NCBI RefSeq assembly: GCF_030684315.1
Contig: NC_081401.1
Span: 2,676,582 to 2,740,581, forward strand
Direction: 5' to 3'
Length of the DNA stretch: 64,000 bases
DNA from: Stegostoma tigrinum
Lineage: Eukaryota
Both the position numbers and the translations under genes were made by a program. Positions within the stretch are counted from its first letter, which is position 1; every line of letters begins with the position of its first letter. The notes beneath the pieces were generated by a model. That model saw nothing but the letters and a program-made list of their open reading frames with translations. It was not told the origin of the DNA and did not search any database. Below, in pieces: positions 49,246 through 62,200 of this stretch.

Positions 49246-52200
49246 ACAAAGTGAACTGCCCTGCAGTTGGAGCTGTGTTCATTCCTTAAAAAAAACAGCT
49301 ATTTCATATTTTAACCTGAAATGTCTGTAGTGCTTGTTGGGAGATCCCTGAACGTGGCAACACAAATTACAAGGATGGCCAAGAAGTCTCAAGAGACACT
49401 TGTTTTTACATTCATGGCTTGGATTCTAAGAGCAGTAAGGATACATTAGAGATGAACAGGACGTGGTTAGGCTGCAGCTGAAGTAATGGGCATTGTTCCG
49501 GTCACTGCAGTATGGGAAGGATATGATTGCACCAGAAGGTGTGCGGGGCAGCTTCACCAGGATATTTGTTTGTCTGACGAATTTCAGCTTTGAATAGACG
49601 TTGAAAAAAACTCGGTGGCTCTCTTTTGAGTAGACAAGGTTGAGTGGTGCATGCTTGTGCCGCAGAAGACAATGAGGGGCACGGCCAGGATAAATATAAA
49701 ACAACTATTCAATTGAGATGAAGAGTTAACAATAAGAATTTAATTAAATTTGAAGTGAAATTCTGGAGATGTGTATGGAATTTTAAGATGAAAAAAAGAT
49801 TTTCCACACCTGGGATGGTGTGAACCTCGAATTCACTGCCTGAGAAGGCAGTTGATGCTTAAAACTCAGAACACATAAGATTTCCTTGAACAAGCACTTT
49901 CCATTTTATAACATTGAAGAAAAAGACCAAAAGGAAAGTGCAACTCATGTTGATTGAGAGATGTATTGTCGGGGTGGACATGTTGGGCCGATGGCCCTAT
50001 CCTATTCTCTATTATTCGCTGATTCTCAAACACTGTTTAGGCTTTATGACAGAAAAGAACTAAAATATTTACTGGTTTTGCTGTACGATTTTCCGAATGG
50101 TTTCTAACTGGTTAGCTCTCTGGCACCGTCCTTAAAATTTAACTATACGACTCTCTTGTGGTTTGTGAATCCAAATCAATAATCACCCATCAGTTCAACT
50201 CATGCATTGTAAGCCAAGCATATCGTTCTCGGGACTGTTATCGATTCTCTCAGATGAAGATTTTGTTACATAATATCAGACTAATTTACTTCAGGTCCAG
50301 CAATTTGTAGTATTGCTGTGTCCCTCTATTTATTTCTTCAACGTCTGGTTCTCTGTAAAGCATTTGGAAGCTTATCCCATCAGACAGACAACAACCGTCT
50401 CATTCGAAGTATTTATAGGACAGAACATCAAAGGCACCAGCATTATTTAAAATTTCACTTCATTTAATTTGAGGAATGAGCTCGAGTGCTGAATAGGTTT
50501 TACGAATGTAAAATGAAGTTTAGTTTAAAATAGTATGAGTGCTGTCAAAACATGAAACTTACTTGTATTATTTTGAATAGGTTTTGTTACATATTTAACA
50601 TGCACTAATTTTTGAACAGGCTCATGTAAATCATTCATACCAACATTTGTCTGTGTTACAACCAGCACCTGTCCAGAACTATTTTTAATACAATGCCACT
50701 CAGCTTTATAACACATTTAAAACCTACAATTGACTTCAGTGCCAATGGGCTTCAGAGGAAAGAAATGTCAGATTCTGTTGCTTCATTTACCTGAAAATGT
50801 ATCCAGAATTCAGTACTGATGGAATGTTTGGTCAAATCATCATTTAAAGAGGGGAGGGAATTTCACTAAAAATTGCCAAAATGTCAATATCTGGAGAGTT
50901 TCGTGTGGAGCTTCTGGTTGTGAACTCAACCTCATACAATTTTGGACTGCTCACTTTTTTTAGGATCATGGCCACTTCAACGACTCACCACTTTTCTCAG
51001 GCAGTCATGAAATGTTACATCGGAAATTGCTGAAATGTCAATTTCAGCGGAATTCCATAGAGGGGCAGCTTGATGTGAGCTCTGTATCACATAATTTCCA
51101 CCTCTGCACCTTTTTTTTGAGCATGCTCGCACTACTATACAGGACTGACCATTCATGGGATTTCCAATCACAGAAATCTATTCAAAGTTCAGCTCTTACT
51201 TCATTGCAAAGACAAATAGCAGAACTCCCTATATGTCATGATTTCAAATATTTATGGTCAAGAGTCATTAGGCTGAATGTCCTTCTTCCCATCCTACAAC
51301 TCATTGTTTTATGGTACAAAGCTACATTTGTGTGGTGATGTGTGATCACCTGCCTCGAGTTTGGCCTGTTCAAAAGAGAAGAGGAGTCTCAATGGTGGAG
51401 AGGAGCTAATCATTTCTGATGGACAAATGAAACAGGAAATTAACGTGTGTAGGACCAGACCAAGGTGAGAGTGGAAACAATGAAATGAAGTCCTGCTCCT
51501 CCAGAACCTGCTCATGCAGTTTCCTCCCAGCGATCAGATTGCACACTGGAACTATATACGATGTCATGTGTTGAAAAATCTCAACCAGTCTCATCTGTTA
51601 CACGGCCCTCACTGTTTTGATTTGTTCAGGCAGTCTGGTTTCTCAGCATTTTTTGCCCGTTGCTAGTTCCGTCATTGAGAAGGTGGCGGTACACATCCTT
51701 CTTGAACTGCTGCAGTCAATGTGCTTTTGGTCGGCACACAATGCCCCACAATAGGAGGGAGTTTCAGGATTTTGAAACAGCAATACCAAAGGAGATGTGA
51801 TATTTGTCCAAGTCAGGGAAATAACCGAGTCGGACGGTGGCGTGCAATGTCTGCAGTTTGCTTTTGTTTCATTTAATTTAGCGGATGAGGACATCGCTGG
51901 CTAGCCTCGCATTTATTGCCCATTGCTAACTGCCCAGAGTCCAGTTATGAGACAACCATATTGCTGTTGGTCTCGAAACATATGTCAGCCAGAACGGTAA
52001 GTATGGCAGTTTCCTTCTCTAAAGGACATCAGCGAACCAGGTGGGTTTTTCCAACAACTGACAGCGAATTCACAGTCATCATGAGCCTCTTAATTCTGGG
52101 TATTTATTGTGTTCAAATTCTATCAGCTGACGTGGCAGGTTTTGAATGCCAGGCGGCAGAACTTTACCTGGGTCTCTGGATTGACACTCTGGTGATAATA

Positions 52201-52619
52201 ACACTACGCCATTGCCTCCCATCATGCCCTCGTCCTTGAAACTAATAGCGTTTTTAGTTTGGAAATTGCTGTCTAAAGATCTTCAGTGTCTTTTAAGAAC
52301 CTTAATATCCTCCTTAATATCCTTAACTTGCAGATGGTTCCGATTACTTTTGCTGACCCGTGGTCGTGGAGGAAATGGACTTTTGTGGACATGGTGACAA
52401 TCAAACGGCTTTTTTTCACCTCGTGAATGGTCTTAATCTTATAATGTATTTTGAAGGTGCACAAATCCCAGCAAGTGCAGAATATTTCTTCACATCCCTG
52501 ACGTGCCTGTCAATGGTGCTCAGACTTTGGGGATAGGCCGGAAGTGTGTTACTCGTTGCAGGATTCCGATCTTCTAACATGATCTTACACAAAATAATGA
52601 TATAGCATGTCCAGTACAG

Positions 52620-55455
52620 TTTCTGGTTCAGTGGTAACCCACAGAATTACGAATTGGTGGTGGCACACCCAAAACCGCAGTGAGGCAATACAACCACCGA
52701 GTCAAAGTAGAGACAACAGAGTTCTGGACAGATAACCAAGGTGGACTGCATGAGAATGAAACCGAAATGACAAAAGTGGTGTTCCAACCTTGAGTATCCA
52801 GAAAAGCAAACTATACTGATCAAATCCTCACTTTTGAAAACAACAAACTCAACACCCAGAAACAAAGCTTCATGAGGACACTACTGAAAAGTGGCAGGAC
52901 ACAATTCAACACACCAGAAATACACAAGAAGGAGGAAAAAAAATACACAAAATTCTTGCCTTAAACTGATATCCCCAGCAGCTCAGCAACAGATGCCTAA
53001 TACACAGGCAACAACAAGGCAGTACAGTATGTACCAAAACATTAGCCACACTGGCTTATTTCGAGAACATGTCGGAGCTGGCAACTAGACCCCAAAGACC
53101 ACTAGGAATCATGGTAACCCACAAGAGCACAACCACTCTCAGATGAACACTTACAAGAACACTTAAAGACCACATTCCAACAACATGCAGAAACAAGGTG
53201 TCTTACAAATTATCACATAGCAACTGCCACGACCGTTATATCGGCCAGACACGAAGCAAAATAGCCAACAGAATGCATGAACATCAATGAGCAGAAAAAC
53301 GCATGAAAGACTCCTGAAGTATTCATACACTCAGACAATAAAGCCCAACGGTTAAACTGGGACAAAGTCACCATCTGAGACCAAGCCAAACATAGACACA
53401 TGCTGGAATTCCTAGTGGCATGGTTCTCTACATGTAATGCATTTCACAAGCATTTCGAATTGGATTGCATATACAAACCCATACAAGTCAAAACCCAAAT
53501 TTTCACAACACAACACAATCGACAAAACAACATAAATTTAAGTTGATTTGTCCCAACAGACGCTCCACTGATATTATCGGCGATCAAGTCACCAACATTA
53601 GCCACAACCCAAGCCACAGAATTTTGCAAAGTCTTTCCACAGCTACAGTTTTAACACACTAAAATTGCCCCACAATGGGAATCCTTCCCCAACCTACTGA
53701 GCACTATTCTTGAACAACTTCACTTCCTCCAAAAATGCCGAAGGAACCTAGTACTGCCCCAAAACATGAAATACATGATCCATTCAACAACTCACGGGCA
53801 AAACAAAACAGGACATAACAGGCGCAGCATGCGAAGGCTATGGTTCATGATGCCCATACTGATACCACAGGTACAAATGGGAAACGTCTGACCAAAATCA
53901 ACCGATCTAAACACTGCTGACTAGTAGTGTACCACAACCCCCAGAACACGACATCATCACCAGTTAACACTAATTCAAAAATAAGCAGAGTCACGAGCTT
54001 CAGGAGAAACTCACCAAACTGATCCACCACAAAGGTAAGTGCAACAACAATCTGGGCAATTGGACAAGAAAATTACCCAGCACACAATTTACTGAAACTG
54101 AGAAAGCTGTCCTATTATATTGACTGAAATATGACGACAAGGATGAGAACAGAGCAGATTTCACGACAGCCCTGGAGACTACATCCAAAGACAACAGACT
54201 CACGGAGAAAACACAACAAGTCATCCAACAAACTATAGTCCCCACACGACAGATAAAGCACACAGAGAACAATCTAATAAGATCAGAGAGAAAAACAACA
54301 GATAATCCCAAGAAAGACAAAAGTATCAGCATCTTACAAGAGGCCAAATGCTGTATGACTGTCATTGTGAACAAATCAGATTGCATTAAGAAAGCACATG
54401 CATGGCTTGCAGATAGAAACACTGATGAACGTTTGGTGATAGGCCGAACACCTCATCTACGTAAAAGGATCTCTCAGTCTCTGAAGACAATAATGGATTC
54501 AGGACAGTTAACCAAGACACACTATATGAGAGTGAAACCCGAAGGTATGAAAAACACATGCTTCTATGGACTTCCGAAAGTACAGAAACGAGACATTCCC
54601 ATCAGACCCATTGTTTTCCGACAAAGCACACCTTCACACAAACTGGCAATGGACCTAGCAGAGAGGTTGAATCACGGGTGTCACGGATCAATCCATTCTA
54701 TCCTCTCAACCCACCATTCCCTTCATACCCTCATGAACAGAAAAATCAGAGATGACAAAATTATAGTATTCTTTCTTGTCACAACTTTATTCACATAAAT
54801 CAAGTTCTCATGAGCCAAAGAAACAGTAGCCATATTACTGGAGGAAGTAGCAATGCAACCCAGAAGCTCAATAAGGAAATAAAACATAGTAAAACTACAA
54901 GACATGTGCCACGCTACTCACGTCATCTTTAATCACCAAGTACACAAACAGATCAACAGGACACGAATGTGCTCACACATCTCAGGACTCACTGCAGAAG
55001 AAGACATGGAAAGACTAGAACAAACCACTCTTCCTCACTTCCAAACTAAAGTGTGGATCAAGTTTGTAGACAACACGTTTGTTGTCATAAAATACAAAGG
55101 GTTAGCAGACAGCAACAGAAGGACACAGTACGTGCTAACACATCAGCCACATTGGCGTAAATCAAGAACACAGCAGGACTGACATCAAGACGTGTAAGGC
55201 CCATGTGAATTCCGAATAGCATGGTTCTCTGCCCAAAATGCAATCAAAATACATATAGAATTGGATCCCATATACAAAACCCTACAGATCAAACCAGAAA
55301 TGACACTACTCAACATAGTGGACTCAAGAATATAAATCCCAAACATAGTCGTGCAACAGCGATTCATCGGAAGCTCCACTGATGATGTCGCCTCACATGG
55401 CATGAGATTTCTTAACGAGAACACGCCAGCTCAGCGAGAAAGTCAACAACCACAG
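52620..55455 (+). mobile_element. Penelope-like element (inverted paralog of 25065-28885, without the CR1)
   Basis: ORF 54355-54798 CFYGLPKVQKRDIPIRPIV; 54904-55182 WIKFVDNTFVV; hammerhead-like ctgatgatgtcgcc at 55379. Confidence 0.85.
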
Positions 55456-56844
55456 TTTCAGCATATTTTCCACAGATACATCTTGTGATTTAGTGATGTT
55501 AATTTCACAGTGAAAAGCAGAAGATTTGGGGAAAAAAAACTTTTTTTCACTCATCAGTTTTTTAAAGATTTAGTGCTGTAATTTTGAATGGACCTGAAGC
55601 AGCATTTCTTTCAGGTTTCTGAGAACAAGCTTCAAATTATCTGACAAACCCATTGAAAAATAACAATCGAAATCAAGGGCTACCCCGGAAGTTTTGCAGA
55701 CACTGAAACTTGTACAGAAATATCAAATTCAATAAAAGAAAAATACAATGGAATGCAATAGTGATTATGTTTCACAGAGTCTGAGCAGAAATTACACTAT
55801 TTGTTGAGAAGGGATTTCTTGGGGAAACATTTGAAGGAGTTGCATCTGTAATTGTTGATCTTTCATGCTACGCCCTAAGAACATCATCACATGAACTCAG
55901 TTCAAAGACATCGTCACAAGGCTACCGCCTCCGACGTGTTGCTAATTCCTTTCAGAAGCAAATTAATTGTTCTCTACTTTACACTCATTGCAGCCTCAAT
56001 TCCTTGTGTAACTAGAATTGGCAGATGTGTTGGACCTTAAACTCTGCTGATATACCACATTCCCTCGGAAAAGACCCAAAAAGCAGAAACCTAACGCATT
56101 TCATTCTGCCCTATTATTCGAGGAATTTGAGCAATTGCTGAAACGTTTTTCTGTTTGCTCGCATGAGTACCTCGTGCAGGGGCATGGCACTGTGATGTCA
56201 GGCAGGTATGGGGATGGTCATCCTGAACGTAACTCTCCACTGAACACACTTTTACCAATTATTGCCATTACTGAGTGAATCGTGCCCTCTCCCACTGTCC
56301 ATAATTCACAGTATGAAACAAACCCAAAATGTCATCGTTCAAATTTTGACTTAATTTTTCCACAGGCTCTAATATGCCAAAAGGAAACTGCCCTTTCCTG
56401 ACAGTGCATTCGAAGATCTCCTTTGTTTTGACGTGTAATGCATCATCCTTTACGATTACTTCCTCGTTCAGTCATCAAAATGTATTGAAGATACTACTTC
56501 AGACTGCATGCGGATGAGTCGTTTCCCACGATAGATGGATTACTGCTCTATCAGTGAATACCTGTTATCCAGACTATTTTAAATGATCTCATTCTAGTCA
56601 GAATCTGGCAATTATTCTAAATTTTAACTTGACAGAAGAGTTACCAGTTGAATTCCTGTTCCATCTGTTGAGAATCTCTGCATTTTTCAAAAGGCTTGGC
56701 TACCTAATACTCTGGCCAGCAGTTACAGCCACTGTGGACACCATTGACTGAATATGTGGGAAGGTGTCCTGCATTATAGGAACTTCTCATGGGATAGACA
56801 TTTTGTCTTAGCCAAGATTTTGTGGTGTGGTTCATGTCGTTTCA

Positions 56845-57240
56845 GAATCATAAAGTCATTCAGCACAGAAACAGATCCTTTACGCTAACTGTTTCCACAC
56901 TGTAGGGATCTATCGTCTATTTACAATAAAAATACGAACCAGACTCTTTGTGTTAACGTTGTCACAGCCCCATTCCAGGTCGTTCTTGAATCTTACCACT
57001 CACATGTTAAAATAATGTCGTCTCTTCATTAACCCCTCTGTGTTAGGTGAATAGACGTTATCTGTGCCCCTCATGAATTTTAAAATATCTTTATATGAGG
57101 TCACCGCTCAATCTTCTGTGCTCCAGTGAAAATGATTCCAAAGTATTTAAACTCTCTTTATGGTTTGAACTTCTCGGTCTCAGTCACATTCTTTTAATTC
57201 ATTTCTGCAATCTTTCCAATTTAATAACATTTGCATTGGA
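56845..57240 (-). mobile_element. Decayed CR1 3' fragment continuous across the inversion boundary in unit B
   Basis: cataaagtcattcagcacagaaacagatcc ... aggtcaccgctcaatcttctgtgctccagtgaaaa. Confidence 0.6.
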
Positions 57241-58244
57241 CCAGCCCCACTGGTTCTTGAACTAACGTGTAAAACATAAGAATAATTTAAGCTGAGAAAA
57301 ATGGGCTTCATGTGATTGTGTATGTCGAATCAGAGCACATTTTTTCTAATATCATCACGAAAAGAGCATTGTTTCATTAATTCATATCATACAGTCAATG
57401 AAGCTCATGCAGTTTTAGTCAGATTTATCACCTTCACAGCAGCAGAGAAACAAAAATGACGATAGATTGACGAATCGTACATATCCTGTGCAAGTATTAT
57501 TCCAATACTGGGAGGTAATATGAATTGGGTATGATTGGGCTGCTCATTGCTATTATTCCGCTGTTCGGGAATTCTGTGCGCTGTTCAAGAGGAGGCCTTT
57601 GAACACAGATTGTGTGGAACATCTGAGAATGCTGTATTCTGAATTTTATCTGGCAGTTATCACTAAATCCATAAACTATTTAAGAATGTGGACAATTATT
57701 TGCTTTCTTTTTGAATGATGAGAATTGCCTTTGGGAAGTGAAACAGCAGGATCCTGCCCCAAGGCACAATCTGCGCTATCAATCTTTGTGAACAAAGCCC
57801 AGATCAATCCAACAGAAAGTTTTTGCTTTTAAAGTCGATCTTTCCACATCTGTTTAAGATTGCTTCATAGCAGAGCGGAGCTGATTCCAGAGGCCAAGCT
57901 CCAGAGGTGATATGAAAACTCAAAGTGTAACAGAGGATTGAATGCTTTAGGATTAGTTCTAGAGCCTGAGTGAATAGGACACCGAGGGAAATAAATGATA
58001 ATATCTTTAGATGTCGTTTGAAGTTGTCAGATAAATCCGGTATATGAACAGATTGCACCTAAATTGGAGAGGCACAATTATCCTTACAAGTGGGCTTGTT
58101 AGTGAAACTTTGGTGGGAACAAACAGTGTCGAAGAGGTTTGGGAAATAGCAGTAAATCAGCATCTGGTGTGCATGAAAAGATCGATGTTGAGTCAAGAAA
58201 GTGTCAAAAGAAACATTGGCAGTGCCAGGTTAATGAGCACTGCA

Positions 58245-58925
58245 GGACGAATAGTCTGAAGGCAGAGTCTTGGGGACCGCTTTGCAGAACACCTTCGCTC
58301 AGTTCGCACTTAGCAACTGCACCTCCCAGTCACTGAACCATTTCAACTCTCCCTACCATTCCTCAGACGGCATGCCCACACTTGGCCTCCTGCAGTGCCA
58401 CATCAATGCTACCCGAAGCCTGCTGGACCACCAACTCATATTCCGCTTGGGAACCCAGCAGCCCAATGGTGTCAATGTGGATTTCACAAGCTTCAAATTC
58501 TCCCCTCTCCGTACTGCATCCTAATACCAGCCCAACTTGTTCTCACCTCCCTAACTTGTCCTTCCTGCCATCTATCCCCTCTTCCCATGCCAAGGCCCAC
58601 CCCCACCTCCTATCTACTAACCTCATCCCGCCCTCTTGACCTGTCTGACATCCCTGGACTGACCTATCTCCTGCATACCTCCCCACCTACGCTCACCTTT
58701 ACTGGCTCCATCCCTTCCTCTTTGACCTGTTCTGCCTCCTCTCGACATACCTTGTCCTCTATCCAGCTTCTATTCGCCTCTCCCTCTCTCCCTATCTATT
58801 TCAGCACCCCGCTTCCCCTCCCCCATTTCTGAAAATGGGTCCAGGCCCAAAACGTCAGCCTTCTAGGTCCTATGATGCTGCTGGGCCTGCTGTGTTCATC
58901 CAGCTCTACACATTTTTGTCTTGGC
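58245..58925 (+). mobile_element. Penelope-like 3' fragment (paralog of 30440-31115)
   Basis: LNHFNSPYHSSDGMPTLGLLQC...LIFRLGTQQPNGVNVDF; tail ctgaaaatgggtccaggcccaaaacgtcag. Confidence 0.8.
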
Positions 58926-59199
58926 TAGTCTGAAGTGTGTTCGTGTAACGGAATGAGTACAATGCGGCAGAATATTTCAGAGCCCGGATGAGGACAAGAA
59001 TGTTGCAGCTGTTCCAGAAACTTGGTTGCTAGAAGGATTGAGGTTGGGGTGCGGGGATACTTGCAGCTCAACATTCCAGGGTTTAGATGTTTCAGGCGAA
59101 ATAGAGGGGAGTGTGAAAGCCATGGGGAAGTATGTTACTTATTAATGCAAAATCACATGTGGACGAGGTGAAGACACAACCTCACTCATCCAGTGATGC

Positions 59200-59983
59200 T
59201 GAGATGCGAATGTGATAACATCCTATTGATTTCTATACTTCTATAAATTTAAGTCTTATCTGCATTTGATTCCTATACAGAGACTTTAATTTATAGAAGT
59301 GAACTCTCATCTACCTACACATCGGTATGCAGACACTGCCCTGAAGCTTCCTGCCCAGCTAGGAACTCAGGGTAAAGCTTTTGTAACTCCTTAGCTTCTC
59401 GCACATCGGTATGCACACACTGTCTTAAGCTTCCTGACTGAATTAAAATTAGAATCAAACTGTTTCCAATAGGGTTAAGTGGGGAAAATTTGTAAAGGTG
59501 TGAAATCTCTAAAGCATGTAACTTCTGTCGCTGACAAAGGGGCCAGGGCACTGACTTTGTTCTAGCCAGACACACTGGCAACTTGAAATCAGAATCTGTC
59601 CCGGACAACAACTCAAAATCGCCTCCTGCCATTAGCAGCTACTTCACTAGCAATCGATACTATATCCTGGTCTTTTATGTTGTTGATGTAATAATTGTTT
59701 GGTATCCTGTTTTTATCTGTTATCGTAATTGTTTTATGTATCATGCCATTGTAAATTGTGAAATCGTTTTATGTATCATGTCTTGTGTAAAGTCTAAAAA
59801 GCGGGCACTGTCTGCTGCTCGGGGAGAGTTGCTTGCGAGGCTCTGCGCTCTGTGCCGGGTTGAGTAGAGTGACTCTCCACAGCTTGTGCTTGCTTGGGGA
59901 TAAAGGGATTTGTGTTTTTCTAAACAGGTCAGTGTCTTGGTATTGCAGCAAGTCCGTGAGGGTCTCCAAAAATGAACTTGACT
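59200..59983 (+). repeat. 5' LTR of endogenous retrovirus
   Basis: Begins TG exactly where homology to unit A stops; ends just before the PBS. Internal ~35-bp direct repeat at 59318-59353 / 59402-59436. Confidence 0.7.
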
Positions 59984-59985
59984 TT

Positions 59986-60003
59986 TGGCGCAACGAGCAG
60001 GGT
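59986..60003 (+). promoter_or_regulatory. ERV primer-binding site complementary to tRNA-Ser(UGA)
   Basis: TGGCGCAACGAGCAGGGT vs TGGCGCAGCGAGCAGGGT, the complement of the vertebrate tRNA-Ser(UGA) 3' end as recalled; 17/18. Confidence 0.8.
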
Positions 60004-61796
60004 TCCAACATCTACAGCAGTCTCACATGGAGGCCTAAATAAGCGATCGTTCGAGTGTCAGTGGAGTGAGATGGACGGGCCCGAAAGGTCTGAATCTCCT
60101 TGGCCTCTCTCACTAACCTGCCATCCATGCGACCCCTGGTCCCTGCATGGCTCTGTAGTGACGGAACCCGAGACAACTCACGGTCTTGAACACTGCTAAA
60201 TCCTAACGCCTGGAGGTTCGATTCCCCAGGTGAGTAAAGAAATCCGGGAGTTTCGAGTCCTCCGGTGGCCAGGGTTAGAGTCCCCAGGTCAGATAACTGG
60301 CAATTTTTAAAATCCGTGAGGATAGGTTTCCACCGATGACCGGGGGTGAAACCCTGTGTCGGGCATTAGGGAAAAGGGAGGGGGGTTAGTATAAGACCTA
60401 GGTATAGAATACCTTCAGTTTCTGTCTGTTTCAACCAACCGGCCTTCGACCGATTGTTAAGAGGGGAAATCTCCCACGCGAAGTTCAGGACCCTGATGTG
60501 GGTGATGAGACTGGGGAAACTGCTATAGTATATAGAGATAGTAAAAAGTGAAATAGAGATAGTAAAAAGTGAAAGCACTAATAAAAAAAAGAGCAAAAGG
60601 TAAAAAAAAGGGACAAACACTAGATAAGTCGGATGTCGGCACTCCTTTACATCGGTTATGCCGGGATGACCCCGAAAATGACGTACAGTACAGTCGTCTG
60701 TCAGCATGCTTAAACAAAAAATTGGGAAATGAGAATTGCCCATTGCGGGGAACGTGGGAAATAGATCTATGTACTAAAGCAGAAGAGGCACTGGAAAGGG
60801 TTAATGTCATTCTGGAGAAAGAGAGCTGAGGAGCTGACTGAAAAATCAAAACTGGCCAGTTGGGTGGATCATGCGTGTAGGTGAGGGAGCAGTGCCTGTG
60901 ATAACGAGGGGAAACCAAAAACTTGGGAAGCTTTAAAACTGCAGTGTGGGGATCATGGGATGAATAAAAGGGAAAGAATTAACCAAGAAAGGCAGGAGTG
61001 AGAACACTGAGATATAGAATGGTGGCTTGATCGGCAGGCCGCGTTGACAGAAAACAATAATTGGAGTTACCTCCTGACATATCTGGCATGCCAATGTTGT
61101 TCCAAATTAATGACACAGATGAGCAAGACGAGAAGGACTGGGGAAGGCATCCGTCTGCCCGCATCGGGCCCACTACCCCCTCCACAATCCTACCCATCCT
61201 TGCCCAATCTACATCTGCAGGCATCCCAACATTGTCATCAGTCCCAGCAACCGCCAGCATACACTGACCAAACTAAAGCTCCAATAGAATCTCCAAGCCC
61301 TTCAGTAGTCAGCCCACATGAATAACCTGACAAACCCACGGCTTGTACAGATCCTGTCTCCTGTCGCACCAGATCTAAAACAAAACAGACAAACAGGAAA
61401 CAGGATGCTGACCAGGAAGACATAAGTCCCGGGTGCAGCCTACTTGACCCTCTAACACCTGTTTACTGTTTCCTGGCGACTCCACAAGGAGCGAAGAATA
61501 AGATAGTCCCAACTCACATGCAGAAGATAGTGAATGTGAGGACAGAGTTTGGAAGAGACCCTCGAATAGCCATCCCCTAAAGAAGGACCCCTGTAAGAAG
61601 AATCACCAGCAATTCCTGAATTGCATGGTTCCTCACCCGAGCCCAACACAAGGGGGTCAAAATGCAATGCAAGTCTATACCCCTTGGAAGCCAAAAATGA
61701 TGTGCTTAATTATGTCAGGGGTCCCTGATCGAAAGACTAACCCAGAAGATTTTATAGATTACATCCTGGGCACTGTTCAAATGTACCATGCCACCC

Positions 61797-62200
61797 TATA
61801 GGCTCTCTTTAGCCTGTGCTGCATCTACGCTGCGCTCTCCAGCCCTCGGGGTCAGTCCCAAGAACTTGACCTCCCTCAACCCTATCTGTGCCTTCTTAGG
61901 GTTTACCTTCAACCCGCTCTTGCACTGGAGTTAGAACAACTCACTAAGGAGAGGGCCATGTTCCTCACTATTGTCTGTGAACAACAGGATGTCGTCCACG
62001 TACTGTACAAGCCTGTGAGACTCACTGAAATCTTTTAAACAGTCTGCCATACACTGGTAGAGAATGCTGGGGCTACAGTGGAAACCCTGTGGTAGAAAAC
62101 TACATGTGTACCGTTGTCCTTTAAAACTAATTTGTATTGGTCCTCCTGCCGAACTGGGATAGACCAGAAATCATTCGAGATATCCAGCATCGTGAAATTC
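61797..62200 (-). mobile_element. Antisense retroviral reverse transcriptase fragment inside the ERV
   Basis: Minus-strand translation: FTMLDISNDFWSIPVRQEDQYK/(frameshift)/FKGQRYTCSFLPQGFHCSPSILYQCMADCLKDFSESHRLVQYVDDILLFTDNSEEHGPLLSELF*LQCKSGLKVNPKKAQIGLREVKFLG. YVDD at 61991-62002, LPQG at 62084-62095. Confidence 0.85.

Larger units (their letters stand above)
33613..59199 (+). repeat. Segmental tandem duplication, unit B (interrupted at 59200 by ERV)
   Basis: See unit A matches. Confidence 0.93.

Noticed and set aside
60532-60573. 21-bp tandem duplication atagagatagtaaaaagtgaa x2
   Set aside because: Simple slippage in decayed ERV leader/gag; two units only, not a CRISPR or functional array.
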